A DNA stretch of 64,000 nt from an uncultured delta proteobacterium (GCA_963706575.1 CAVPNL010000009.1:24083-88082); one strand, 5' to 3'; counted from the first letter of the stretch, positions 50,301 through 58,785 are shown. Program-made: numbers and translations. The notes: generated from the letters alone by a model not told the origin.

Positions 50301-50768
50301 GAGCCCCGAGCCCGCGAGGCCTTTAACAGTCTGTTAACCCTGTCAGCGGATTACGGCGATAATATTGCTGAATTTTTAGCGAGTGCAGCTTTAGACACCG
50401 ATACCGATGCCTATTTGCCCCAGGCGGAGAAGGTGTCTTTGATGACCATGCATGCGTCCAAGGGATTAGAATTTCCGGTAGTGTTTATCGCCGGCTGTGA
50501 AAAGGATTTGATGCCGTTAAACCGCCAAGGCGCCGAACCGGCCGATCCGGCCGAAGAGCGCCGCCTTTTTTATGTGGCCATGACCCGGGCCATGGAGCGG
50601 TTGTACCTGACCCGGGCCAAAAAGCGCAGCGTTTACGGCGAACTCCTGCCCCGATCCCTATCCCCCTTTGTAGCCGACATTGAAAACCGCCTAAAAAAAG
50701 ATGATTCTCCAAAGCGCCAAAAGAAAAAAAAGAAGGAAGACAACCAAAAGCAGCTCAAGCTTTTTTGA
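47325..50768 (+). CDS. Fusion protein: endonuclease Q-like PHP nuclease (N-terminal ~430 aa) + UvrD/PcrA-type SF1 helicase
   Basis: EndoQ-like motifs: DLHVHSKYSRA, GTGDFTYPAW, SDGRP, IPAHIWTPW, VSNSDAHSPLNLGREANLF, EGKYH, CPVCGKPLTLGVLYRVEELAD, PGYDGQYGRVQIF. Helicase motifs: AGPGTGKT, VDEYQDLN, IGDPDQAIYGFRGS, TRNYRST, TMHASKGLEFPVVF, FYVAMTRA. The tail is Lys-rich. Confidence 0.8.
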   Translation: MMKFIADLHVHSKYSRATARNLDLENLYIAAQLKGVTVVGTGDFTYPAWSEEISEKLVETEPGLFKLKAELARQCDAQVPESCRGPVRFMLVTEISNIYKKNGRTRKNHNLVFAPDIEVARQFSNRLDKIGNIKSDGRPILGLDARDLLETLLETSPDAFLIPAHIWTPWFSVLGSKSGFDSIEECFEDLTAHIFAVETGLSSDPAMNWRVSSLDGFTLVSNSDAHSPLNLGREANLFDTELSYPAIKSALQTGDPDQFLGTFEFYPEEGKYHIDGHRACDISFWPATTLKHDGVCPVCGKPLTLGVLYRVEELADRKKGQKPSRSAPYFSIIQLKDILSEIFRVGPNSKRVQQAYQVVLDRLGSEFNILQNLDTIAIEQAGISLLPEAVERMRRQEINVVPGYDGQYGRVQIFKDHERSRLMGQQSLFKVSISQPPEPENDIAREVGHSLPPKPPDTGNDKLTKNKAKELKAGPDILFNQLNDRQHRAVEHPDGRLLIVAGPGTGKTRTLTMRIAHLMIRKDVSPDNILAVTFTRKAAREMQQRLRAILGDARKRPLVATFHSLCFKILNDLKKEGMQAIVDEDERKILLREAIKQAKDHGIAVSQKPQKLLDRIIAAKQQILSPDDLTQPENVTVDARMLAEVYHSYQNLLSIQGLNDYEDLIFKVVRLLETDSMVCKRYRNQFQHIFVDEYQDLNYGQYRIIKALAPPNASNRNLCVIGDPDQAIYGFRGSDVRYFTRFVDDYPDTAVIQLTRNYRSTETILDASFQVIQDHRLHAADARTYSEKAGVKTIRILELASPKAEAQAIVRIIAQLVGGTGYHSIDTGLVDDANLASARSYVDFAVLVRTHQQIKRIGEVFDQAGVPFQIASRQNSLKSWGLPELISILKVVQSCGSDVDLHNSLQLFSVGINKTAAEHFKSWCYSKKFSQQQGLIKAKRFPIPGLSRAQQQKLIDFGEQLTGIENRIGDMTVAEQLRYLSQIPQLSAIVNSEPRAREAFNSLLTLSADYGDNIAEFLASAALDTDTDAYLPQAEKVSLMTMHASKGLEFPVVFIAGCEKDLMPLNRQGAEPADPAEERRLFYVAMTRAMERLYLTRAKKRSVYGELLPRSLSPFVADIENRLKKDDSPKRQKKKKKEDNQKQLKLF

Positions 50769-51091
50769 TATGCATGGCGCATAGCGTCAGTAGAAATTTA
50801 TTAAAAAAGATTTTCATTAAAGATCTTGTTTCATTTTGTCGATATTTACTATTAGAATAATAATCGGCCGGCTTAGATGTACTCCCCCTTGGGCCAGGCA
50901 GTTTTGGTACACACAAGATATGGTGGGGGGGTAACTGAACATACTATAATCATTATATATTATTATAATTTTCTTGAGTTTCGACCCGAAGTATTGTAAA
51001 ATTTAAGATATCCGGTGTCGGGCGAACAATCCAAGGGGGCCCTTGCTTTTGGGGGGCGGCGCAATAGGATTTGAATGGGTTTCGAGGTATA

Positions 51092-51691
51092 ATGAACGGA
51101 CGCGGAATTAAATTTTTTCAAATCGTTCTTTTCGGCATACTTTTCACTTTGATTGCAGCTGTTTCGTCGGTGAATGCAGATATTTTTATGTATATCGATG
51201 AAAACGGAGTGATGCATTTTACCAACGCACCGACATCCAATGAATACGATTACAAGGTCTATATCAAAGAAAAAACCGCCGTTTCCAGAAACTTTCACTC
51301 CACCAACAAGTACGACCACTTCATTTCGAACGCCGCCGAGCAAACCGGTGTCGACTCTCGCCTCTTGAAAGCCATGATTAAAGCCGAATCAGACTTTGAC
51401 CCGCGGGCCGTTTCCCGCAAAGGCGCCATGGGCCTGATGCAAATCATGCCGGAAAACTTCAAAATGCTGAATTTAGAAAATCCCTTTGATCCCTGGCAAA
51501 ACATCAGAGCCGGCGCGCAATACTTTCAAAAAATGTATGAACGCTTTAACGGCAAGCTGGCACTGTCCCTGGCGGCTTACAACGCCGGACCCACTGCAGT
51601 CGACCGTTACAAAAGAATTCCGCCTTACCAGGAAACCGAAGAATATGTGCGCCGGGTTCTGAGGTATTATCGAACCTTCAAACAACTCTAG
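51092..51691 (+). CDS. Lytic transglycosylase (SLT domain) with DUF4124-like N-terminal region
   Basis: Signal/TM segment, IFMYIDENGVMHFTN (DUF4124-like), then AESDFDPRAVSRKGAMGLMQIMP and AAYNAG. Confidence 0.8.
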   Translation: MNGRGIKFFQIVLFGILFTLIAAVSSVNADIFMYIDENGVMHFTNAPTSNEYDYKVYIKEKTAVSRNFHSTNKYDHFISNAAEQTGVDSRLLKAMIKAESDFDPRAVSRKGAMGLMQIMPENFKMLNLENPFDPWQNIRAGAQYFQKMYERFNGKLALSLAAYNAGPTAVDRYKRIPPYQETEEYVRRVLRYYRTFKQL

Positions 51692-51713
51692 AACCCATCT
51701 CAAAAATACCAAC

Positions 51714-52835
51714 TTAATTTTTAATCTTCTTTTGCAACAGCAGTTCGATGAGGGTCCGGCCAACTTGGGCATTGTCCTGAATACCGCTGAAGCGAGTACT
51801 TCCTACACCATAGGCAAATAGCGGCACCATCGAGGCGGTATGTCCGGTGGTGGTAAAAGCGGTTGCGTCGACCCGCATGTTTTGAACTGATCCGTCGTGC
51901 ACGGCCAGGCCGCCGGTTTCATGATCGGCAGTTACCACAATCAGCGTGCGGCCGCTTTTCTGAGCAAATTCGAGCCCTGCGCCTACAGCGTCATCAAAAT
52001 CGATCAATTCAGCAATGAGGTATTGCGGATCATGATCATGGGCGGCCGTGTCGATCTGGGAGCCTTCCACCACAAGTACAAATCCATCGCGGTTTTTTGA
52101 AAGGATACGAATGGCAATCTGGGTCAGCCGGGACAGGGAATAATCACGATCGACGGCTTTTGGCAGGCTACCGGGTGCTAGCAGTGCGGCCAGTTTTTGG
52201 GTGTCGATGTGTTTGGATAACGTATCATAGGTGAGTATCACCGGCATGCGGGTTTCAAGCGTGGACAGCAGGTTTTTTTGATCTTTGCGCTTGCTTCCGT
52301 AGTTATTGGCGGGCACAAAATACGCCCAGCCCCCGCCGAAGAGAACATCAATGTCGCTGTTTACGATTTGTTCGGCGATATCGGTCTGCTGGCGGCGGTC
52401 GTCAGCGTGGGCCAGAAATGCGGCCGGTGTGGCATGGGTAACCGATTTGGTTGCCACCACCCCGATTGATTTGCCCTGCTCCTTTGCATATTCAAAAAGC
52501 GTTTTTAATGGTTCCTTCTCCACTGAAACAGAGATGGCGCGGTTGTTGGTTTTATAACCGGTTGCCAGCGCAGTGGCCGCAGCGGCTGATTCGGTTATCA
52601 GCCGGTTGGCGGAATGCGTGGTCACCAGGCCCACGGTAGAAAATCGTTCCAGGTTAATGTTGCCACGGGCGATTTTTCCGGCGGTGATGTGTGACACACC
52701 CATGCCGTCGCCGATAAACAAAATAATGTTTTCAGGGTAATCGTTGTCTGCGGCACAGCCCAACAGCAGAAACACGCAAAACAGGCTCATGTGCAAAAGA
52801 CGGCGTGGCTTTTTTAAGTTCAACGGGGATGTCAA
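51714..52835 (-). CDS. Alkaline phosphatase (PhoA family)
   Basis: FIGDGMGVSH, TKSVTHATPAAF, IDTAAHDHD and VTADHETGG motifs, plus a signal peptide. Confidence 0.88.
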   Translation of the reverse strand: MTSPLNLKKPRRLLHMSLFCVFLLLGCAADNDYPENIILFIGDGMGVSHITAGKIARGNINLERFSTVGLVTTHSANRLITESAAAATALATGYKTNNRAISVSVEKEPLKTLFEYAKEQGKSIGVVATKSVTHATPAAFLAHADDRRQQTDIAEQIVNSDIDVLFGGGWAYFVPANNYGSKRKDQKNLLSTLETRMPVILTYDTLSKHIDTQKLAALLAPGSLPKAVDRDYSLSRLTQIAIRILSKNRDGFVLVVEGSQIDTAAHDHDPQYLIAELIDFDDAVGAGLEFAQKSGRTLIVVTADHETGGLAVHDGSVQNMRVDATAFTTTGHTASMVPLFAYGVGSTRFSGIQDNAQVGRTLIELLLQKKIKN

Positions 52836-52837
52836 TT

Positions 52838-53266
52838 TTATTTTCCCCTTGGCGCGACCCTGACCTGCATCATGACCTCACCGTATCCGAGGCATTCAAC
52901 ACCAGCATCAAGACATCTGACATGGCGCATGAAATGGAAATCATTGGGATCAAGAGCTTCACTTAATCTCTCATTGATTAAGGCCACCGGAATTGCCAAT
53001 TGTGATATCAGATAGACGCACATTTTCTTAGGACATAATTTTGTTATAAAGTTACCATCCACATCCAGAATAAATTTTTGTCCGACCTGGTGTCCGGAGT
53101 TGCAGTGTTGGGCGCCGACAACCTCTGCTTCAATGGTGTAATGTGGGGCCGCCAGAGAGAGACGTTCGACCTGCCTAATCCGGTGCCCGCCCTTATGGAA
53201 TGAATCCAGCTGTGATTGGGTATAACCCACCCGTTGTCCATATTTTTCAATGATGTCTTTTACCAT
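52838..53266 (-). CDS. Hypothetical Cys/His-containing protein (possibly TIGR04076-like)
   Basis: 142-aa ORF ending 3 nt before the phosphatase gene. The C/H spacing (HCNSGH, LCPKKMC, RCLDAGVEC) resembles small TIGR04076 proteins. This is recognition from memory only. Confidence 0.4.
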   Translation of the reverse strand: MVKDIIEKYGQRVGYTQSQLDSFHKGGHRIRQVERLSLAAPHYTIEAEVVGAQHCNSGHQVGQKFILDVDGNFITKLCPKKMCVYLISQLAIPVALINERLSEALDPNDFHFMRHVRCLDAGVECLGYGEVMMQVRVAPRGK

Positions 53267-53285
53267 TCTTTCGCTATTCTCTCCT

Positions 53286-53921
53286 TCAATAAGTTAAGAG
53301 GGGTGTTTTTGATAAATACGCCTTCTCTTTGATTTCGTTTAAAATAAAATGGGCCACATCGGCACGTGATATTTTTCCGGCTTTGACACCTTCAAGATCG
53401 ACTAGCACCCGGTAGTTTTCTGTAAGCGGCCCGTTGGTGAGAAATCCCGGGCGAACAATGACCCACTCCAGATTAGAATTACGCACCAGTGCCTCCTGGC
53501 GCGCTTTATCTTCATATATGGTTTTTAGCAAAAGTGGATTAAAGATTCGGTCGTAAAAAAAGCCGCCGTGATTTTTGCTGTCGCCGGCGCCGATACCGGT
53601 GACACATATCAGCTGATTTGCATCTGAATTCGCCAGGGCTTCGATAACGGTTTTAGCACCTTCTGAAAATACGGTAACGGGCTTGCGGGTCGGATTGATA
53701 CCGATAGTGATGCACACCGCGTCCTGATCTTCAACCGCGCGGTTGACAGCCTCGCTGTCGCGGATATCGCCTTTAATCACGCTCAGCCGGTCTTGGCTAA
53801 CCGGCAGCCGTCCGGGATCGCGAACCAATGCCCTAACCGTATGGCCCTCATCAAGGGCCAGTTCAACAAGGCGGCGGCCGATTCCGCGAGTTGCGCCAAT
53901 AACCAAAAGCTTCATATGCAT
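53286..53921 (-). CDS. NAD(P)H-binding (NmrA/BVR-B-like atypical SDR) protein
   Basis: N-terminal Rossmann LVIGATRGIGRRLV. 211 aa, the typical size of this family. Confidence 0.78.
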   Translation of the reverse strand: MHMKLLVIGATRGIGRRLVELALDEGHTVRALVRDPGRLPVSQDRLSVIKGDIRDSEAVNRAVEDQDAVCITIGINPTRKPVTVFSEGAKTVIEALANSDANQLICVTGIGAGDSKNHGGFFYDRIFNPLLLKTIYEDKARQEALVRNSNLEWVIVRPGFLTNGPLTENYRVLVDLEGVKAGKISRADVAHFILNEIKEKAYLSKTPLLTY

Positions 53922-53933
53922 GCCTTCCTTCGC

Positions 53934-54605
53934 TTAGTTCAGTTTTTGGGGGAGCTGTTCCAGGAGAACCCATTTTACCGTAACGCGGCGAATCAGCTCC
54001 GGCCAGAGTTCGGATGGATTTTGTGAAAAAACCGATTCCGCGTCCGCCTTTATAACATGCCAATCTCCGCGGGTTCTCTCAAAATCGAGTTGACTGGGTG
54101 CCCAGCCGGCATAACCGGCAAACAGCCGAAAGCGCTGCTCTTTGGTTGCCTTTTTTTTCATCAGGTGCTCGAGCACTTTCCAGCTGGAGCTGATGTAGAC
54201 ATCGGGAGCGACGGCGGTCGCATCTTCAGGCACTTTGGATGATCGGATAAGCAACAGCATCTGGTTTACGGCCACCGGCCCGCCAACGTAAATGGTATCT
54301 TTGAGCTGTTTTAGCTCCTTGATATCCGGAAATACCGTCGCCAGTTTTACCGTTGAAGGGCGGTTGATTACCAGCCCCATGGCACCGTCCAGTCCGTACT
54401 CGATCAGAAGCACCACGGTTTCCCGAAAATTTGGATCCTGGAGCTGGCGACTGGCCACCAGAAATTTTCCTTTCGCCAATTCTTCCCTGGATTCCGGCCT
54501 GCCGGGTCTTTCTTTGGGAATAGCGGCATTGAATCCCGGGCGCGCGGGATGGGGTTCGGTGGATTCCGCTGCTAAATGTGGGATTAAAAAAGGTGTTGCC
54601 TGCAA
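53934..54605 (-). CDS. YqgE/AlgH-family protein (UPF0301)
   Basis: GKFLVASRQLQDPNFRETVVLLIEYGLDGAMGLVINRPS, VGGPV, FAGYAGWAPSQLDFE. The reading frame stays open upstream through a signal-peptide-like segment, so a CTG at 54680 preceded by AGGGGGGG is an alternative start. Confidence 0.78.
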   Translation of the reverse strand: MQATPFLIPHLAAESTEPHPARPGFNAAIPKERPGRPESREELAKGKFLVASRQLQDPNFRETVVLLIEYGLDGAMGLVINRPSTVKLATVFPDIKELKQLKDTIYVGGPVAVNQMLLLIRSSKVPEDATAVAPDVYISSSWKVLEHLMKKKATKEQRFRLFAGYAGWAPSQLDFERTRGDWHVIKADAESVFSQNPSELWPELIRRVTVKWVLLEQLPQKLN

Positions 54606-54800
54606 GATCAGGATCGCCAGCAGGAAATGGAATACCAGCAGTTGTGTCAGACGTTTGTTTCGGTATCTGGCGGGATTCAGTCTTACCCCCCCTTTCTATC
54701 TTAATAACTTGGGGATGACAGTGGAGATATCAAGGTTCGGTTTTAACAGGAAATGAATCGGCGCGTCAAGATGGCAGAAGCGGTAGGGTGTGGCCCTGTT

Positions 54801-55329
54801 TTATTCGCTGAATCCCAGACCTTTAAAGCCCTCTAAATGCGCCTGCTTGACCCGCCACGTGCCGTCTTTTTTCAGCAGCTGAAGCTTAATCTGGAATAGA
54901 TCCGCATTTTCCCCCACCGTTTCAAGCCAGCGCCGGGGTTCTTCGTAGAGATCTTTTACGTCGGGAATCGTGCGATCCTTTTTGACGATCAGCAAATAGA
55001 TCATGCAGGTAGCGCTGTTGTCTGTGGCTGAAATATCAACGGAGGGCTTCGGATACAGGACCTTCAGTTTGCCATAGTGCATTAGGGCCGCGAAGATGAA
55101 TGCGCTTGATTTCTAACCGATTGTGATGGCCCGGAAGGGCCACAACATCTTCGGTGGTCAGCTCCATAATTCCACTGATATTGTGGTCTTCGGCCAGTTT
55201 GGCACCTTCTTTAATCAATGCGCGGATGACCTGCACATCATCTTTTTGCGAGCAGGCCGCCGCCAAAAAAAAGAAGAAAAATACCATCCAGAGTATCATC
55301 ATTTGTGTCAGGGTTTTTCTATCCATCAT
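54801..55329 (-). pseudogene. Lipoprotein (NTF2/SnoaL-like?) split by a frameshift
   Basis: ORF 55036-55356 carries a signal peptide and the lipobox FLAAAC. ORF 54801-55082 continues in the adjacent frame. The downstream frame is open from 55113, so a 1-nt indel between about 55085 and 55113 would join the two. Confidence 0.5.
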
Positions 55330-55346
55330 CTTATCCCCTTTAAAAT

Positions 55347-55712
55347 TCATATCCAAACGTTATCTTCCGCGGTTAAATCACCACCTGTATCGCCGGTGTT
55401 TATCGTACCTGTTGGTTCAACCAGCATTATTTCACATTGTTTTTCAGCATATGGTTTATGCTCAACCCCCTTGGGAACAATAAATAATTCTCCGTGTTTC
55501 AATTCGATTTTTCCATCACGGAAATCAATAGACATCTTGCCGTCAAGTACGATAAAAACTTCATCGGTGTCATCATGGCGATGCCAGATGAAGTCGCCTT
55601 GAAATTTCACAAGCTTGAAATGATAGTCATTCATCTGGGCAATGATTTTAGGTGACCAGTGGTCGGAGAATTTGGCGAGTTTTTCGCGAAGATTGATGGG
55701 CTTAAACTCCAT
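55347..55712 (-). CDS. Cupin domain protein
   Basis: Cupin motifs [17 protein letters not shown] and [14 protein letters not shown]. Confidence 0.8.
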   Translation of the reverse strand: MEFKPINLREKLAKFSDHWSPKIIAQMNDYHFKLVKFQGDFIWHRHDDTDEVFIVLDGKMSIDFRDGKIELKHGELFIVPKGVEHKPYAEKQCEIMLVEPTGTINTGDTGGDLTAEDNVWI

Positions 55713-56009
55713 TTTTCCTCCATATCGTTGCTAGGTAACGTCAGGCTTAAGATGCCGTGCATTTAGAATATGTTACCGAACAATAGGACCAAAAGTGTAT
55801 ACTTGGCAAGAGGGATTTCGTTGATGTGGCGAAGAACAATCCACGGGAATCAAATTTTTTGCTACTGATTGATGATGGATCCGACGCTACAGCGTAGGTG
55901 GCTGTCAGATTCCTACCGACATGAAAGTGATATTCACTACCGCTTCTTCGCTAAACTCCTGAATGGCGACAGATATCATCCCGTTCTTCTTTTCTGCTTA
56001 GCGAATCAG

Positions 56010-57254
56010 CTATTTAAACAGACGAAGTGTCATCGGATACCGAAAGTCCTCACCCTCATTGGCCTTGATACCACCGATGATGATCATAATCAGGCCGAAT
56101 ATCACCAGCGCAAAAATGAGGAAAAACCCGATGATGATGATACACAAAAGAAACGAAATCAAAGAGTAGATCATCAAGGTGATCTGAAAGTTAAGGGATT
56201 CCTTGGCCTGTTCGACGACAAAGTCGGATTCGTGTTTCTTTATTTGCCAGATAACGATGGGGGCGATGATATTGCCCAGGGGCACAAACATGGAAGAAAA
56301 GGTGCCGATGTGGGCAAACATGGCCCACTGGCGCTCCTCTTTTTCGGTAATGGGTTCGCCTCGATGGATTTGCTTATAGTTTTGACGTTTGACCAGAACC
56401 ACCAGCGCCATTACCGGACCGGCGATAAAACCCAGAAAAAACAACCCCAATACCCAAACCATGCTTTTTATCAACTCAGCTATATCAAACTGTCGAATCA
56501 GCAGCCCATCGCCGCTCGGAATTTCACCGTCAACGATGGCGCTGTAGGTACCGAGGGTGTCGAATTGAACCTTTGCGATCGCCTGCCGTACGGTTGTGCC
56601 GAAATTCTCTGTTCCTGAAAATTCAGGCCGCTTTAATGCTAATTCATATCCGGTGACAAGATCCATAATGGTGACACCGAAATTCCGGCCCAATTGATTG
56701 TTGGCCATATTGAAAGCGGTAAAGGCGTTTGTTTCGTAATAAATTAAATAAGTACCGGGTTTGTTGATCTGAAGGTCTGTTTCACCCGGCACCATCAACC
56801 GCGTTCCGCCGGAAAGATATGATTGAAAGACGCTGTACATGCTGATCACACCGGCAATCATGGGAACTGTAAAAACCAAAATGGCAGCTATATACCAAAA
56901 CCTTTTGGGGCGAATGTCTGCCGGTGCTATCTCGGGTTTAGCCTTCGCAGGCGGCGCCTGAACCGTATGGCCCGGCTCTGATTTAGGCGGCAGCGGCGGC
57001 GGCGTCTTGGCACTGCAATCATCCACCTGCGTGATTGTGCAATCCGCACCGGCTTCTTTTAAGGCATTATTGATTTTAATGACGGTCTGGTGATCGACAT
57101 TTTTTTTAATTAAAAAGCGGTCGCCTGAAAAAAGTTTGTATATTTTTTCTTCGTTTGCTTTCAGCAGTTTGGCCAGGTTCGCTTTGACCTCATCGATATC
57201 CCATCCCGGGATGATTTGTCCTGTGAATTCGAGATTATATAGCTTTTCTACCAT
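56010..57254 (-). CDS. Membrane protein with C-terminal DUF4870 domain
   Basis: C-terminal EKEERQWAMFAHIGTFSSMFVPLGNIIAPIVIWQIKK...ESLNFQITL is typical DUF4870. A small soluble N-terminal domain, a Pro-rich linker and a central domain flanked by TM helices precede it. Confidence 0.65.
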   Translation of the reverse strand: MVEKLYNLEFTGQIIPGWDIDEVKANLAKLLKANEEKIYKLFSGDRFLIKKNVDHQTVIKINNALKEAGADCTITQVDDCSAKTPPPLPPKSEPGHTVQAPPAKAKPEIAPADIRPKRFWYIAAILVFTVPMIAGVISMYSVFQSYLSGGTRLMVPGETDLQINKPGTYLIYYETNAFTAFNMANNQLGRNFGVTIMDLVTGYELALKRPEFSGTENFGTTVRQAIAKVQFDTLGTYSAIVDGEIPSGDGLLIRQFDIAELIKSMVWVLGLFFLGFIAGPVMALVVLVKRQNYKQIHRGEPITEKEERQWAMFAHIGTFSSMFVPLGNIIAPIVIWQIKKHESDFVVEQAKESLNFQITLMIYSLISFLLCIIIIGFFLIFALVIFGLIMIIIGGIKANEGEDFRYPMTLRLFK

Positions 57255-57440
57255 TTTGGGTCCTTTATGTCCGCAGTGATTATGCCCCTGTGCGGGCAGG
57301 GGCGGGACCTGTGGGCTCCAATTTTATCTTCGGTCGAAAAGAGGAAATTGTTTAGGCCTTTTTCAATTTTGACGTGTTTGAGCACATCTGTTATATTTTC
57401 CAGCTGTTATTCATCTATTTGATAAAGAGGAGGTCATCTC

Positions 57441-57845
57441 TTGGCGTTACAGCTGGTAAAAGACAGGCGTTGCTTTGTCTGTGGTGTGGAAAACCCTCAC
57501 GGGCTAAAAGTAAAGATTGTGTATGATGGTGTCGATCGGGTCGAGGCGGAATTTATAGCCGAAGATCGCTATCGGGGCTGGTCCGACTATCTTCATGGCG
57601 GGGTTTTAACTCTCATTTTTGATGAAATGCTGGGATGGCTGTCACGCTATATGGGGCATGATGCCATGACCGCCAGACTGGAGGTGCGTTACCGCAAGCC
57701 AGTACCGTTGGGCAGCCGGCTGACATTTAACGGTGTTTTGGAAAGAGAGATAAAAGGGCTGCTGGATATCAAGCTGGAAGCCAAACTGGATGATGGATCC
57801 GTGGTGGCGGAAGGAAAAGGCCGGATGATGATCATTGAAGATTAA
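57441..57845 (+). CDS. PaaI-family (hotdog-fold) thioesterase
   Basis: TTG start preceded by AGGAGG. N-terminal CFVCG...NPHGL and HGGVLTLIFDEMLG, typical of PaaI-like hotdog proteins. Confidence 0.72.
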   Translation: MALQLVKDRRCFVCGVENPHGLKVKIVYDGVDRVEAEFIAEDRYRGWSDYLHGGVLTLIFDEMLGWLSRYMGHDAMTARLEVRYRKPVPLGSRLTFNGVLEREIKGLLDIKLEAKLDDGSVVAEGKGRMMIIED

Positions 57846-57878
57846 CTGGACGACTGCCTGCCTGAATTCCGATCCAAT

Positions 57879-58005
57879 TAGAACCCATCTCAAAAATAGG
57901 ATTTTGGTTCAAGATTCCGTCTTCGCCTAAAGGCTTCGCAGGGACACGCGCGTTGAGGCACCAACAAAGATATTAGGCCAAAAGACATTTTTGAGATGGG
58001 TTCTA
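57879..58005. repeat. Inverted-repeat element with 19-20 bp termini TAGAACCCATCTCAAAAAT
   Basis: tagaacccatctcaaaaata lies at 57879-57898, with its reverse complement atttttgagatgggttcta at 57987-58005. A solo copy of the same 20-mer lies at 51689-51708. Confidence 0.7.
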
Positions 58006-58176
58006 TTGAATATCATCTACCGTGTAGGTTCCCCATTGGCCGATCTTGACGATGCCGTCTTCCTCCAGGCCCTCTTGAATCGATTGAAAAACCGCATCGA
58101 CGGCTTTGGCGGCAGTCTTTTTGGGGAGATCGCCCAGTTTTTCGGCGACTCTTTTCACCAATTCTGTTTTATTCAT
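58003..58176 (-). pseudogene. HU/IHF-family DNA-binding protein truncated after ~53 residues
   Basis: Not in the ORF track. The minus-strand translation is MNKTELVKRVAEKLGDLPKKTAAKAVDAVFQSIQEGLEEDGIVKIGQWGTYTVDDIQ-stop. It matches the HU N-terminal helices and first strand. The DNA-binding arm is absent, and the stop codon lies inside the inverted-repeat terminus. Confidence 0.55.
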
Positions 58177-58188
58177 TCCTACCCTCTT

Positions 58189-58617
58189 TTATTTCCATCC
58201 AATGACTTTGTACCCCTTATCCCGCAGGCACTGCTCCACAAAACGGCGCTCGATCTCATCGGGATCGCCCGATTTCATGGCGCCGCGTGCCAGGCCTCCC
58301 GCACCGCCGCCGGCTGCTCCGGCGGCTAATCCGCGACCGGGGCGTCCGGTGACCAGCCCCACAGCGCCTCCAACCGCAGCACCCACTGCAGCGCCTTTTG
58401 CAGTTGAACCGGCCACCTTTTTGCCTTGATCGGTCGCATGGCCGTAGTCGGCAGCCAGCTGGATGCAGTCATTAATATCGGCCTCCGCCGCAGATTTGCC
58501 CACAGCCTGGTAGGTTGGATTGGGGTAGAGAACCGGGCGCTTTTTGGCACAGGCCGACATCAAAACCGCGGTGCCAAGCAGGAATATGACGATTGCATAT
58601 CTTTTTTTCATGATCAA
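58189..58617 (-). CDS. Glycine-zipper lipoprotein
   Basis: Lipobox LMSAC and a Gly/Ala zipper (GAAVGAAVGGAVGLVTG...AAGAAGGGAGG). Confidence 0.6.
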   Translation of the reverse strand: MIMKKRYAIVIFLLGTAVLMSACAKKRPVLYPNPTYQAVGKSAAEADINDCIQLAADYGHATDQGKKVAGSTAKGAAVGAAVGGAVGLVTGRPGRGLAAGAAGGGAGGLARGAMKSGDPDEIERRFVEQCLRDKGYKVIGWK

Positions 58618-58785
58618 TTACCTTGATTATCATACCTAAAAAAAGCGTTTGGCGATAGTTAATTTTTTATAAACATCATCTCGGGTGGGAACCGGATCAT
58701 TTGCTGTCATTGGATGCATTTATTCTTACAGACGCGTCACAATGTTACTTTTGTCTACAAATTTTTATGACTTACTGAATGTATA

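Noticed and set aside
55869-56618. A 249-aa plus-strand ORF
   Set aside because: It lies antisense to the DUF4870 membrane protein gene. The product is low-complexity (D/H/K/Q-rich) with no motifs. The upstream part lies in non-coding sequence.
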